A stretch of 25,774 bases of DNA from an uncultured Gammaproteobacteria bacterium (GCA_963827755.1 CAWHCQ010000003.1:1-25774), one strand, 5' to 3'. Positions 9,471 to 18,397 are shown, counted from the stretch's first letter. Made by a program: numbers and translations. Notes: generated by a model from the sequence alone, not told the origin.

Positions 9471-10310
9471 TCACATTTGCAGGGAACTTTCATAGCCGGC
9501 GTCGCTTGGTGCGACGGGCGATATCGCCATCGGCATGACGTCCAGCTCTTCTCCAAACAGGATGGCCTTGACACCGCTGACCACCTCCTGCATTTCCGGG
9601 GTTATGGTCCCGAATGACTGGTTCAGCTGTTCCATCAGGGTGGCGCGGGCAATCTCTTCCCGGGTGCGCGCAATCAGGCTGGACGTCTCCTGCATGTCGA
9701 GATAGATGTCGGAGGCGATCACGGCCAGCGAGGAATTGGTCTTGCTGCCGGAGCGCGCCACCAGCTGGTAGTACTGGCTGAAGCGGGCACTGAGCCGCAT
9801 GCCGGAGCGCCCGCGCAGCGACGGCTGGCTGGCCGCGGCCGCTTGCCCGGACTCCTCGCCGATCAGCAGCTCCTGCAGGGTCCAGGACGTTCTTTTCTGA
9901 CCCAGCTCCTTGCGAATGCGCTTTTCGAGACTGGAAGACGTGGCATTCACCGCGGTTTCCATCTCCGGCAGCCGCTCCGCCATGACGTTCAGCATCTCGA
10001 GATAGCTTTTCCCGAGTTGCCGGGCGATGCGCTCACAGCCGGGATCACCTTCGTTGCCCTCGCACTTGCTTTCCAGGTACAGCTGCTGCTGCTCGTCAAG
10101 CTGGCTGATGACGGCCTGCAAGCCGGTTTCCATTTCCGCGGCGACATTCCCGGTATGCTTGATTTCCTCCAGCACGGTGGTTGGAAACAGCTTGATGGTC
10201 GGCGCGGTCGAACTCGCGTGAACGGCGACCGGCGCCAGCAGGCACCCGCCCAGCAGCATTGCGAGTAATTGCCGGGCACCCTTGCGGGCACAAATGATTG
10301 CAGTCTTCAT
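9471..10310 (-). CDS. Exported helical/coiled-coil protein, unknown function; first gene of the operon
   Basis: SD AAGGAGGT before ATG 10310; signal peptide ending AVHA; Cys pair CEGNEGDPGC. Confidence 0.82.
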   Translation of the reverse strand: MKTAIICARKGARQLLAMLLGGCLLAPVAVHASSTAPTIKLFPTTVLEEIKHTGNVAAEMETGLQAVISQLDEQQQLYLESKCEGNEGDPGCERIARQLGKSYLEMLNVMAERLPEMETAVNATSSSLEKRIRKELGQKRTSWTLQELLIGEESGQAAAASQPSLRGRSGMRLSARFSQYYQLVARSGSKTNSSLAVIASDIYLDMQETSSLIARTREEIARATLMEQLNQSFGTITPEMQEVVSGVKAILFGEELDVMPMAISPVAPSDAGYESSLQM

Positions 10311-10383
10311 GGAGAACACCTCCTTGCGGTTATTGAATTCATGACTCACCTCGATGCCTTCATGGCCTGTCTTCGTGAGCATT

Positions 10384-10417
10384 AATATAGGCAAGTGATC
10401 CTGAACAGAACCTGAAT
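10384..10417 (-). promoter_or_regulatory. PhoP/OmpR-type direct-repeat box plus -10 element
   Basis: On the - strand: ATTCAG-gttct-GTTCAG, 11 nt, TATATT. Same geometry as 854-887. Confidence 0.7.
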
Positions 10418-10485
10418 GGTGCGGAATAAGGCAGGCAGGAATAACCGGGAAGCAGGGGTCAGATCCCGGTTTTCTCCCGGCAATC

Positions 10486-10650
10486 TCATGCCATGGAATC
10501 AGCAACCTGGAGATTGCGAGGCACACCGGCGAGTAGCCCGTAGGCCACCGCCAGGCAGTCCGCCGGTTGCAGCCCTTCGTTGCGCAGAATGCCAAAGGCG
10601 GTCTCCGGAAGTTGCGCTGCCAACTGCCGGTTGTTTCCATAAAGTTTCAC
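10486..10650 (-). CDS. Small ORF or gene remnant (54 aa)
   Basis: SD AGGAGG then GTG AAA CTT (MKLYGNNRQ...), just after the stop of a hydrophobic fragment ending at 10664. No family recognised. Confidence 0.3.
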   Translation of the reverse strand: MKLYGNNRQLAAQLPETAFGILRNEGLQPADCLAVAYGLLAGVPRNLQVADSMA

Positions 10651-10853
10651 GGCAACCTCCTGCTTATTCCAGCACCAGCCGCAGCAACCACAGCAGCCCG
10701 TGTGCAACCAGCCACAGGAACAGCAGCAGCTGGAAGTTATTGGCATCGTGTTTTAGATGGGTGGGCAAGCCTCCCGGCGTACTCAGCGTATCCGGGCGCA
10801 GCTTCACGGTGACGTTGCCGGCCGGGTCATCACCATTAAATACTGGTCGCCCC

Positions 10854-12239
10854 TTACGGCCACTGGTTACCGGGGTGGGCCCAGTCGAATTCATCCAGGC
10901 TACCCGGCTCATGCTCCCGCATCATCTCGAAGGCCAGCCACTCCTCGTCGTTGCCGATGTTCTTCAGCGTCTCATCTCTCGAGAAATAGGTCTGCTTCAT
11001 CTTCGGGTCGAAGTTCAAACCGGGTTCCACATCGTTCGGTATGCCATCCTGGTCCGTGTCTAACGTCGCAAGCTGGTCGTCGGGAATCTTCGAGTACCAG
11101 TTGTGCCAGGCGAGCCAGTGAGTGAACTCGTGCAGGACGACGACGGCGAATGTGTCGATGTTCTGGACCGTCCGCCACCCCAGAAACTTCAGCTCGCGAC
11201 TGCGATCGAGCAACGGAAAGCGCAGCTCATACCGCCTCGGCTTCAGCTTCAAAAGATCACAGACAAGCACGGTCTTGTACCCGAACCTGGGGTTATGGAC
11301 GCCGGCCACGCCCTCTCTCGCGCACATATCCACCGCTCCACCACCGTAATCGATCGCTACGGCCTGGCCCTTGGGTCGTGCAGCCGGTGTCTGACGCCAG
11401 TAGTAGAACCAGTTCGGCTTCTGACCGCCCGGGTTGTTGTAGGCGCTGCGCGGGAAAAACAGCTTGACCTTGCGTTTCGCGCTGGCGCGGCACTCCTCGG
11501 TCTCGACCCGGGCCCGAAACTCCTTCTCGCCGAAACCCGACAGCTCGCGGGGCAGACCGGTCAGGGTCACACGCAGACGAGGGCCGCGCCGGTTCTCCGG
11601 CTCCGTAACGATCCGAGTCGGGGCCTCCATTTTCGGCAGAGACCAGGTGATCTCCGGCTCGTACTTCTTCGGAGTGAGCTTGGCACGGAAATCGAGTTCC
11701 AGTTTGCCCGGCTTGTCGTCCGAGAACTCTTCCCGATACCCCTCGGCCGGCCGCGTGATGGTGAGCTCACACGGTGGATTTACCCCGCCGATTCGCCAGG
11801 TCACCTTGCCGGTGGCACCGCCCGGCGACGGGGTTTCGAAGACCCTCTCCGCGCCGTCCTCGAGCGGGAGCGAGATCGCGGACTCGCCTTCGAACAGGTC
11901 CAGCGGCACGGTCTGACCGTAAACGTGGAGCATCAGGGCGCAGTCAGGGACAAAGGTGAGAATCCCGTCCTCCACGCTGCCGCGGATGATGAGATTCCCC
12001 GTGGACTTCGGGGCATTCTTCCCTGCAAACGTCAGGGGACCCGTCGCGTTGACGGCTACGGGCTCCTGCGCAACGACGAACTCGACGTGCCCCTGCGCTT
12101 TCGACCAACCTCCTCTCGGAGCGGTTCCCGAGAGCTCGTACACCAGAGTCCATTGTTCGCTCTTCCGATCCGCTAGTGCCTCGGAGGGGCCACAGATGAC
12201 CGCCATGAACGTGAGAAGCACGATCAGGCGGCATGACAT
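10854..12239 (-). CDS. Exported putative zinc metallopeptidase-like protein, copy 1
   Basis: Signal peptide (ALA-D); beta-rich N-terminal domains; VLHEFTH; DTDQDGIPND Ca-binding-like loop; downstream EEWLA. Start may instead be GTG 12287. Confidence 0.7.
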   Translation of the reverse strand: MSCRLIVLLTFMAVICGPSEALADRKSEQWTLVYELSGTAPRGGWSKAQGHVEFVVAQEPVAVNATGPLTFAGKNAPKSTGNLIIRGSVEDGILTFVPDCALMLHVYGQTVPLDLFEGESAISLPLEDGAERVFETPSPGGATGKVTWRIGGVNPPCELTITRPAEGYREEFSDDKPGKLELDFRAKLTPKKYEPEITWSLPKMEAPTRIVTEPENRRGPRLRVTLTGLPRELSGFGEKEFRARVETEECRASAKRKVKLFFPRSAYNNPGGQKPNWFYYWRQTPAARPKGQAVAIDYGGGAVDMCAREGVAGVHNPRFGYKTVLVCDLLKLKPRRYELRFPLLDRSRELKFLGWRTVQNIDTFAVVVLHEFTHWLAWHNWYSKIPDDQLATLDTDQDGIPNDVEPGLNFDPKMKQTYFSRDETLKNIGNDEEWLAFEMMREHEPGSLDEFDWAHPGNQWP

Positions 12240-12488
12240 CGTCCGTCGTGCAGGCGCATCGCCCGCCTTCAAAAAGGCGCATGCCACCCTGGCCCGCCCC
12301 GGCTGGGCGACGGCACTGGAGCGAGCGACCCTATCCTGCGCCGACTTTCCCGGATGCCTCGGACAACGTCGTTGCATAACACAGCAAACTCCGAAGCGAG
12401 TCGAGGACAGTGGCGCGGGTCTTGATGACGTCATACACATCTTCGATTGTATTGCTGAAATTAATGGGACCGTATAAAATTATAAAAA

Positions 12489-12540
12489 GGTGTCAGAGCA
12501 CAATTAATTCAAATATTAGGAGAAAATGTGCTCTGACACC
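12489..12540. repeat. REP doublet (REPIN-like), subfamily A
   Basis: GGTGTCAGAGCACA ... TGTGCTCTGACACC perfect 14-bp arms, AT-rich spacer. Confidence 0.8.
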
Positions 12541-12594
12541 ATTATAAGTGCACGCATCTCGAGTGAAACCACCCGAAAAATGACGGTCGCATGA

Positions 12595-12664
12595 AGAATT
12601 CAAGGGGTCAGAGTACCTGGACCCCACTATCAGGCATTTCAAGTACTCTGACCCCTTGAATTCT
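12595..12664. repeat. REP doublet, subfamily B (miniature of the RAYT element)
   Basis: AGAATTCAAGGGGTCAGAGTAC ... GTACTCTGACCCCTTGAATTCT 22-bp arms matching the RAYT flanks. Confidence 0.85.
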
Positions 12665-14093
12665 CAGGGCCACTGGTTGCCGGGACGTGCCCAGTCGTAC
12701 TTGTCCAGGCTACCGGGGGCATGCTCGCGCATGATCTCATACGCCAGCCATTCCTCGTCCCCGTTGATGTTCTTCAGCTTTGGGTCATTCGCAAAATAGG
12801 TCTGGAAAATCTTCGGATCGAAATTCAATCCCGGCTCCATGTCATCCGGTATGCCGTCGGCGTCCGCATCAACCTTCGCCAATTGCTCAGGGGAAATCTT
12901 CGAGTACCAGTTGTGGTCGGTGAGAAAATGCTGATACTCGTGCAGCACGGCCACGGCGAACGTATCGATGTTGCGCACCTTTCGCATACCCGAGAATTTC
13001 CGGGCCGCGTTGCGATCGAGCAGCGGAAAGACCAGCTCGAACGCATTCGGTTTCAGCCTCGAGATATCACAGACGAGCAAGGTCTTATATCCGAACCTAC
13101 GATTATAAATGGCGGTTACTCCCGGGGTTTTACAGAGATCCACGGTGCTGCCGCCGTAATCCAGCGCCACGGCCTGGCCCTTGGGTCGTCCAGCCGGCGT
13201 CTGGCGCCAGTAGTAGAACCAGTTTGGGTGCTGCCCCCCCGGATTGTTGTCAGCCTCGCGCGGAAAAAACAGCTTGACCGTGCGCTTCGCGCTCGCTCGG
13301 CACTTCTCGTTCTCGATCCTGGCCCTGAACTCCTTCTCACCGAAACCCGACAGCTCGCGGGGCAAACCCGTTAGGGTCACACGAAGACGAGGACCACGGC
13401 GATTATCCGGCTTAGTAACGATCTGAGTGGGGGCCTCCACTTTCGGCAGGGACCAGGTGATCTCCTCCTCGTACTGCTTCCGATTGAGCGTCGCGCGAAA
13501 ATCGAGAGTCAGCTCGCCCGGCTTGTCGTCGGAGAACGCCGCGCGATGCCCCTTGGCCGGTCGCGTGATGGCGAGCTCACAGGGTGGATCGACCCCGCCG
13601 ATTCGCCAGGTCACCTTGACGACGGGGCCGGTGGGCTCCACCCTTTGGGAGATCTTTTCCGCGCCCTCCTCGAGAGAGATCGAGACCGGGGAGTCGTCCT
13701 GGAACATGTCCAGCGGCACGGTCTGACCTAGAGGTGTATGAACAGCGAGCTGGAAGGGACGAAGGTAAGAACCCCGTCCTCGACGCTGCCCCGGATCGTG
13801 AAGGTCCCCACGGACTTTGCGATGTTCGTCCCTTCGATCGTCAGCGGACCTGTCGCGTTGACCGCCGCGGGGTCCTGGGTGACGACGAACTCAATGTGCC
13901 CTTGCGTATCAGACGCCATTTGCGGATTGGTCACCAACTGCTGAAAAAAGAGAGTCCATCGTCCACTCTCCCGATCTGCCGAGGCCACGGAGGGGCCGAA
14001 GACCACCGCCACGAACGCGAGAATCACGATCAGCCGGCCTGGGTCCGTCCGTCGTGCTGGCGCATCGCCCGCCCTCAAAAAGACGCGTTGCAC
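12664..14093 (-). CDS. Exported putative zinc metallopeptidase-like protein, copy 2; 1-nt deletion at ~13729
   Basis: Colinear with copy 1; HVY-GQTVPL becomes CAC CTC TA- GGT CAG; VLHEYQH, DADADGIPDD, EEWLAY. GTG start at 14093 is inferred. Confidence 0.7.
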
Positions 14094-14191
14094 CTCGGCC
14101 CGCCCCGGCTCGGGCAACGGCGCAGGAACGAGCAGCCGTACCCTGCGCCATCTTTCCCGGATACCTCGGACAACGTCGTTGCAGAACACAG

Positions 14192-14332
14192 CTAACTCCG
14201 CAGCGAGTCGAGGGCCCGGGCGAGGGCCTCGATGATGTCGTCTGCATCTTCGATCCCGACGCCGAAGCGGAATGCGCCGTCCCCCATCAGGTTCCAGTAC
14301 TTCATCTTCGTTTTCTCGCCGGGCTCGATCAT
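14192..14332 (-). pseudogene. 3' fragment of a Cys/Met metabolism PLP-dependent enzyme (MetB/MetC/MdeA family)
   Basis: GDGAFRFGVGIEDADDIIEALARALDSLRS* resembles the family C-terminal R.SVGIED..D.I.DL..AL motif. A more decayed copy lies at ~12385-12447. Confidence 0.7.
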
Positions 14333-14390
14333 GTGTGCATTGGAAGCATAACCCGGCATAACCCACGCATCTCGAGAGAATTAAAGGGGC

Positions 14391-15948
14391 CTAATTGCCG
14401 ACCGCTTCGAACGCACCCATATCCGGGGCGCGGCCGAGAGCGCGCTTACTGCCGTCGCGATCGCGCAGCGGAAAATCAACAGGCAGCGCGATGCCCGCAT
14501 CGATGGCCGGACTGGAGGCGGCCGGTCGGAGATCCCGGTCCAGCCGCGGATCAGCCGTGAGATTGCCGGCGCCGTAGCGCCGGTTGAGCGCGGTCGGCCC
14601 GTTTCGATAACCGGTTGTCGAAGTCGCCGTGGATCAGGATCTCCGAACCATCAGCCGTGTAGAAGAGCGTGTGCCGGATGGACACGGCCGTAGACTCCGG
14701 GTTGATCCATGCTGCCCCCGAGGGATTGGCGATGATGCTGTTTATGATCTCGATGTGCATGGGTTTGCGCTCGTCATAGCCGCAGATCATGCTGTAGTCG
14801 CGGTGACCTTTGAACTTGGGCTCGAATCCGATCGTGCTGTTCAGCAGTCGGAAGCGCCCTTCCTCGACCACGACCGGGTTCTGCCCACCGCGCAGAATCA
14901 GGGTGTTAACGACGTCGCCGCCGTACCACAGCTTCAGCGCATTGTTCTCGATCCCCTGGACGCGGCTGTCCAGCACCGCAACGCGCGTGGCTTTGGTATC
15001 GATGCCGTCGGAGCCGCTGCCGAGTACCGTGACGTTGACCAGCAGGATGTTGTCGCCCGATTCGATGGCGAAAGCGTCCGCACCCCAGCCTTCACCCCTG
15101 GCCTCGATAGTAACGTTCTCCAGGCGCCAGCCGGTGCAAGGCCCGGTGCCACAATGGATGATGGCCTCCGCTTGCACATTGGCCAGCAGAAGCCCGTCGA
15201 CAGAGGCGCTGGCTTCCCACATGGCGATGGCCTCTTCCGAACCAGTGATGGCAAGGTCAGCAATGACGATGTCGCGATTGCGATTGCGCCCGACGTCAAA
15301 AAGGATACCGACCGAGGGGAAGCCGCTGATGTCGATACCGCGGATGACAAGATTCTGTGCATTGACAACGATTCCATATTTGATCCCTGTCGCCGGCCGC
15401 ATGACGACTTTTTCTCCCGGATATGCCATCAACGTCAGGTTACTGGTGGTAACCACCAAGGCCCGGTAGTCATCGCGCTCCCATGCCTCCGCATAGGTCC
15501 CTGCGCGTACGACGATCGTGTCTCCGGCCACGGCCTTGCCAACGGCACGGACGATGCTGCGCAGGGGTGCCTGCTTGGTTCCGGTCGCCGCATCGTTCCC
15601 ATTGGTGGCGACATAGATCACCCGGGTTGTTGGTACCTTCCAGGCTGGAAGCTCCGGAAACCGATCATAGTCGAGCTTGACAAAGGTCATATCTGCAATC
15701 TCGGCATCGCTCCTGAGCACACCGATCCGTTTGTTCGATGAAACACGCAGCCGTGCACCTGCGGAGGATTTCGGGTCCGGTGCCTGCGCCACCAGTGACG
15801 ACCAGTCAGTCTGAGTCAGCGAGGCGTTGCCCGACACTACCGGCTCGGGAGCAGCGCATAGAAACACCAGAGCCAGATAGCTTGCACCATAACCCAGCAG
15901 TCGTCGGACCGGTCGCTGCTGCATGGTATTCATCGATTTCCCTGGCAT
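14391..15948 (-). CDS. Exported right-handed beta-helix (pectin lyase-like, DUF1565-type) protein with choice-of-anchor Q-like tail; frameshift ~14605
   Basis: IYVATNGND...GT...PLRSI..A...A.AGDTIVVRAGTY. The alternative frame continues ADPRL...SSPAIDAG...DRDG..R....PDMGAFE to TAG at 14391. SD AGAGGA. Confidence 0.8.
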
Positions 15949-16150
15949 ATCAGAAGTTCCTCTCTTATAGCGTGACCCTTGTCGCATATAACGCTCTACC
16001 TGCTCCGCCCATTTATCTGTGAATTCAAGGGGTCAGAGTACTTGAACCCCGTCACCAGGTAAAATCCTACAGACATCGGCCAAGCTGTTCAGTATATTTT
16101 CTGCACTAGCAAATAATCTCCTTTCATCATTACGCAAATGGAGTTGCGTT

Positions 16151-16852
16151 ATGGCACGTTTACCGAGGGTGGTCGTTCCTGGCCATCCGCTGCATGTTAT
16201 CCAGCGCGGCAATAACCGGCAGGCAATATTTTTCGCAGACCAGGACTATTGCCGCTTCCACAATGATTTGCGCGAAGCGTCTCAGCGGTTTGATTGTGTT
16301 ATACATGCCTATGTCTACATGACAAACCATGTGCACTTGCTTGTAACTCCGAGCTCCAGGCAGGGTATATCACGCATGATGCAGTCAATCGGGCGTCGGT
16401 ATGTCCGCTACGTTAACAGTATTTATGGTCGCAGCGGCACCCTGTGGGAGGGTCGTTTCAAGTCGGCTGTTATTGATTCAGACCAATACCTGTTTGCCTG
16501 TAGCCGCTACATAGAAATGAACCCGGTACGCGCGCGTATGGTGACTCAGCCGCAGGACTACCGATGGTCAAGTTATCACCATAATGCGATGGGCAAGGCG
16601 GATTCCATGATCAGTCCGCATGTTCTGTATCAGCAGCTTGGTACCAATCCTGCGGAACGACAGGCGGTCTACTCTGGGTTATTCAAGGAAGTCCTTGAAG
16701 AAAAATTCTTGCAGACTCTGCGAAAGGGTACTAATGATTGTGCAATCGTCGGCAGCGAGAAGTTTCAGACAGAGATTGCTGCCATGCTCGCACGTAGAGT
16801 TAAAAAGTATGAGCATGGCGGGGACCGTCGGAGTGAGCGTTATAAAGTTTGA
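16151..16852 (+). CDS. REP-associated tyrosine transposase (HUH Y1, RAYT/TnpA-REP)
   Basis: HVIQRGNNRQ, MTNHVHLL (HUH), LWEGRFKS, RYIEMNPVRA, YRWSSY; SD GGAG. Confidence 0.92.
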   Translation: MARLPRVVVPGHPLHVIQRGNNRQAIFFADQDYCRFHNDLREASQRFDCVIHAYVYMTNHVHLLVTPSSRQGISRMMQSIGRRYVRYVNSIYGRSGTLWEGRFKSAVIDSDQYLFACSRYIEMNPVRARMVTQPQDYRWSSYHHNAMGKADSMISPHVLYQQLGTNPAERQAVYSGLFKEVLEEKFLQTLRKGTNDCAIVGSEKFQTEIAAMLARRVKKYEHGGDRRSERYKV

Positions 16853-16981
16853 GTATGCCGACTTTCAAGTACTCTGACCCCTTGAATGTAGAGTTAAAAA
16901 GTATGAGCATGGCGGGGACCGTCGGAGTGAGCGTTATAAAGTTTGAGAATGCCGACTTTCAAGTACTCTGACCCCTTGAAT
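16794..16981 (+). repeat. 94-bp tandem duplication of the RAYT 3' end plus right arm
   Basis: 16794-16887 equals 16888-16981 except gagtatg vs gagaatg. Confidence 0.92.
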
Positions 16982-17117
16982 GAAACACGTACCTGCCGTG
17001 CTCAAGCAAATCATCCGGGGCCGATGCCGCACCCATGCTGCAGAAGCAGCCCAGCACGCCCAGGAGCGCAGCAAGATAATTGATTCGGGAAGACCGTGCT
17101 GTTCTCAACTCGCTCAT
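16959..17117 (-). pseudogene. 5' fragment of an exported protein, probably a c-type cytochrome, cut at the REP arm
   Basis: SD AAGGA; MSELRTARSSRINYLAALLGVLGCFCSMGAASAPDDLLEHGRYVFH then runs into the arm. (E/R)GRY.F typically precedes a CxxCH. Confidence 0.55.
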
Positions 17118-17185
17118 CGTTATATTTCCTTAACCAGCAAAAATAACACTATGCCCTGGCTTGCAAGAATACCTTGCATTTAAAT

Positions 17186-17211
17186 GGTGTCAGAGCACAT
17201 TTACTGATACC
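17186..17211. repeat. Collapsed REP doublet, subfamily A
   Basis: GGTGTCAGAGCACATTT followed directly by the partial arm ACTGATACC; abuts the stop at 17213. Confidence 0.65.
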
Positions 17212-17212
17212 T

Positions 17213-18259
17213 TTATTTATTCAAATCCTGCTTCTGCTCCCGCAGTCGCTCCCGGTATTTCCTCCTGGCAAACTCCTGCATATCTTCGACGGTATCGCGT
17301 TCATCGAGAATCTCGCGCCCCAGCAGGGTCTCGATGGCATCTTCCAGCGTCACGATGCCCGCAGTCTGGCCGAACTCGTCCTCGACCAGGAACATGTGTG
17401 CGCGTTGTTTTATGAACTGATCGATCAACTGCTGAATCGACAGTTCTTCGGATACCCGGAAAACGGGTTTGGCGAACCGTACGATTGGTTCCGAACCATG
17501 CCCTGCACGCTCCGCTTCAAACAGGTCCGCGCGAATGACCTTGCCCTTGATATCATCGATACCTTCGCCATACACCGGCATCCTTGTAAACTGGCGTGTA
17601 TCGGCCTGATCCAGCGCTTCCGTGACCGTCACGTCTTCATGCAGCATGTGCACGACGCTGCGCGGCGTCAGCACCTCCCCGGTCGGGATCTCGCGCAGCT
17701 TGAGAACATTGGCCAGATATTCATTCTCCTGGGATATCAGGGTGCCGTCCCTGAGCCCCAGCGAGGCCAGGGCGATGATTTCCTCGCGGGTGATTTCTTT
17801 CCCGTCGTGGTGAGTGAACAGCCGGGTCAGGCGCGTGGCAACCCAGACCAGCGGATAGACCAGCTTCACCAGCCAGGCAATGACAAAAGCGGACGGTATC
17901 GCCAGTTGCCGCCAGAAGGTCGCGCCCAGCGTTTTCGGAATGATCTCGGAAAAATACAGGATGGCCAGCGTCAGCAACACCGCGATCAATGTTTCCCATT
18001 TTGCCCCGAACACCTGCAGGGCCTGCGAACCGACCCCGGCGGCACCCATGGTGTGTGCAAAGGTGTTGAGAATCAGGATACTGGAGAGCGATTCATCCAG
18101 GCGTTCCTTGGCTTGACTCAGCACACCCCCGGCACGCGGCCGATCCGACAGGGCCTGCTCGGCAAAGCTCGGTGTCACTGACAACAGCACGGCCTCGAGT
18201 ATCGAGCAGAGAAACGAAACACCGATGGCGATGGTCAGGTAGACAAACAGCAAGGTCAT
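17213..18259 (-). CDS. CNNM (DUF21) + CBS-pair membrane protein (CorB/TlyC-like)
   Basis: SFLCSILEAVLLS, ILILNTFAHTMGAAG, FSEIIPKTLG, FTRMPVY, VEDEFG...GIVTLEDAIE. Confidence 0.9.
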   Translation of the reverse strand: MTLLFVYLTIAIGVSFLCSILEAVLLSVTPSFAEQALSDRPRAGGVLSQAKERLDESLSSILILNTFAHTMGAAGVGSQALQVFGAKWETLIAVLLTLAILYFSEIIPKTLGATFWRQLAIPSAFVIAWLVKLVYPLVWVATRLTRLFTHHDGKEITREEIIALASLGLRDGTLISQENEYLANVLKLREIPTGEVLTPRSVVHMLHEDVTVTEALDQADTRQFTRMPVYGEGIDDIKGKVIRADLFEAERAGHGSEPIVRFAKPVFRVSEELSIQQLIDQFIKQRAHMFLVEDEFGQTAGIVTLEDAIETLLGREILDERDTVEDMQEFARRKYRERLREQKQDLNK

Positions 18260-18349
18260 GATGGATTCCCGTAAATGGCCAGGGTTTCATTCTCGACCAT
18301 TCATGGCATGGATGTCCATGGCAGCCGGTGAGGCGGCGAACAATATTGC

Positions 18350-18397
18350 TGTCAGAGCACATTTTCTACTTATATTAGCGTTAAATGTGCTCTGACA
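18350..18397. repeat. REP doublet, subfamily A
   Basis: TGTCAGAGCACATTT ... AAATGTGCTCTGACA. Confidence 0.8.

Larger units (their letters stand above)
16021..16981. mobile_element. RAYT element bounded by inverted REP arms
   Basis: Left arm GAATTCAAGGGGTCAGAGTACTTGAA (16021-16046); right arms TTCAAGTACTCTGACCCCTTGAAT (16864-16887 and 16958-16981). Confidence 0.8.

Noticed and set aside
10838-10853. Degenerate REP arm next to the copy 1 stop
   Set aside because: AAATACTGGTCGCCCC is too weak a match to support.
16151-16852. IS200/IS605 element with TnpB or guide RNA
   Set aside because: The protein is longer than IS200 TnpA, has RAYT motifs (QRGNNR, NPVRA, WSSY) and no tnpB follows.
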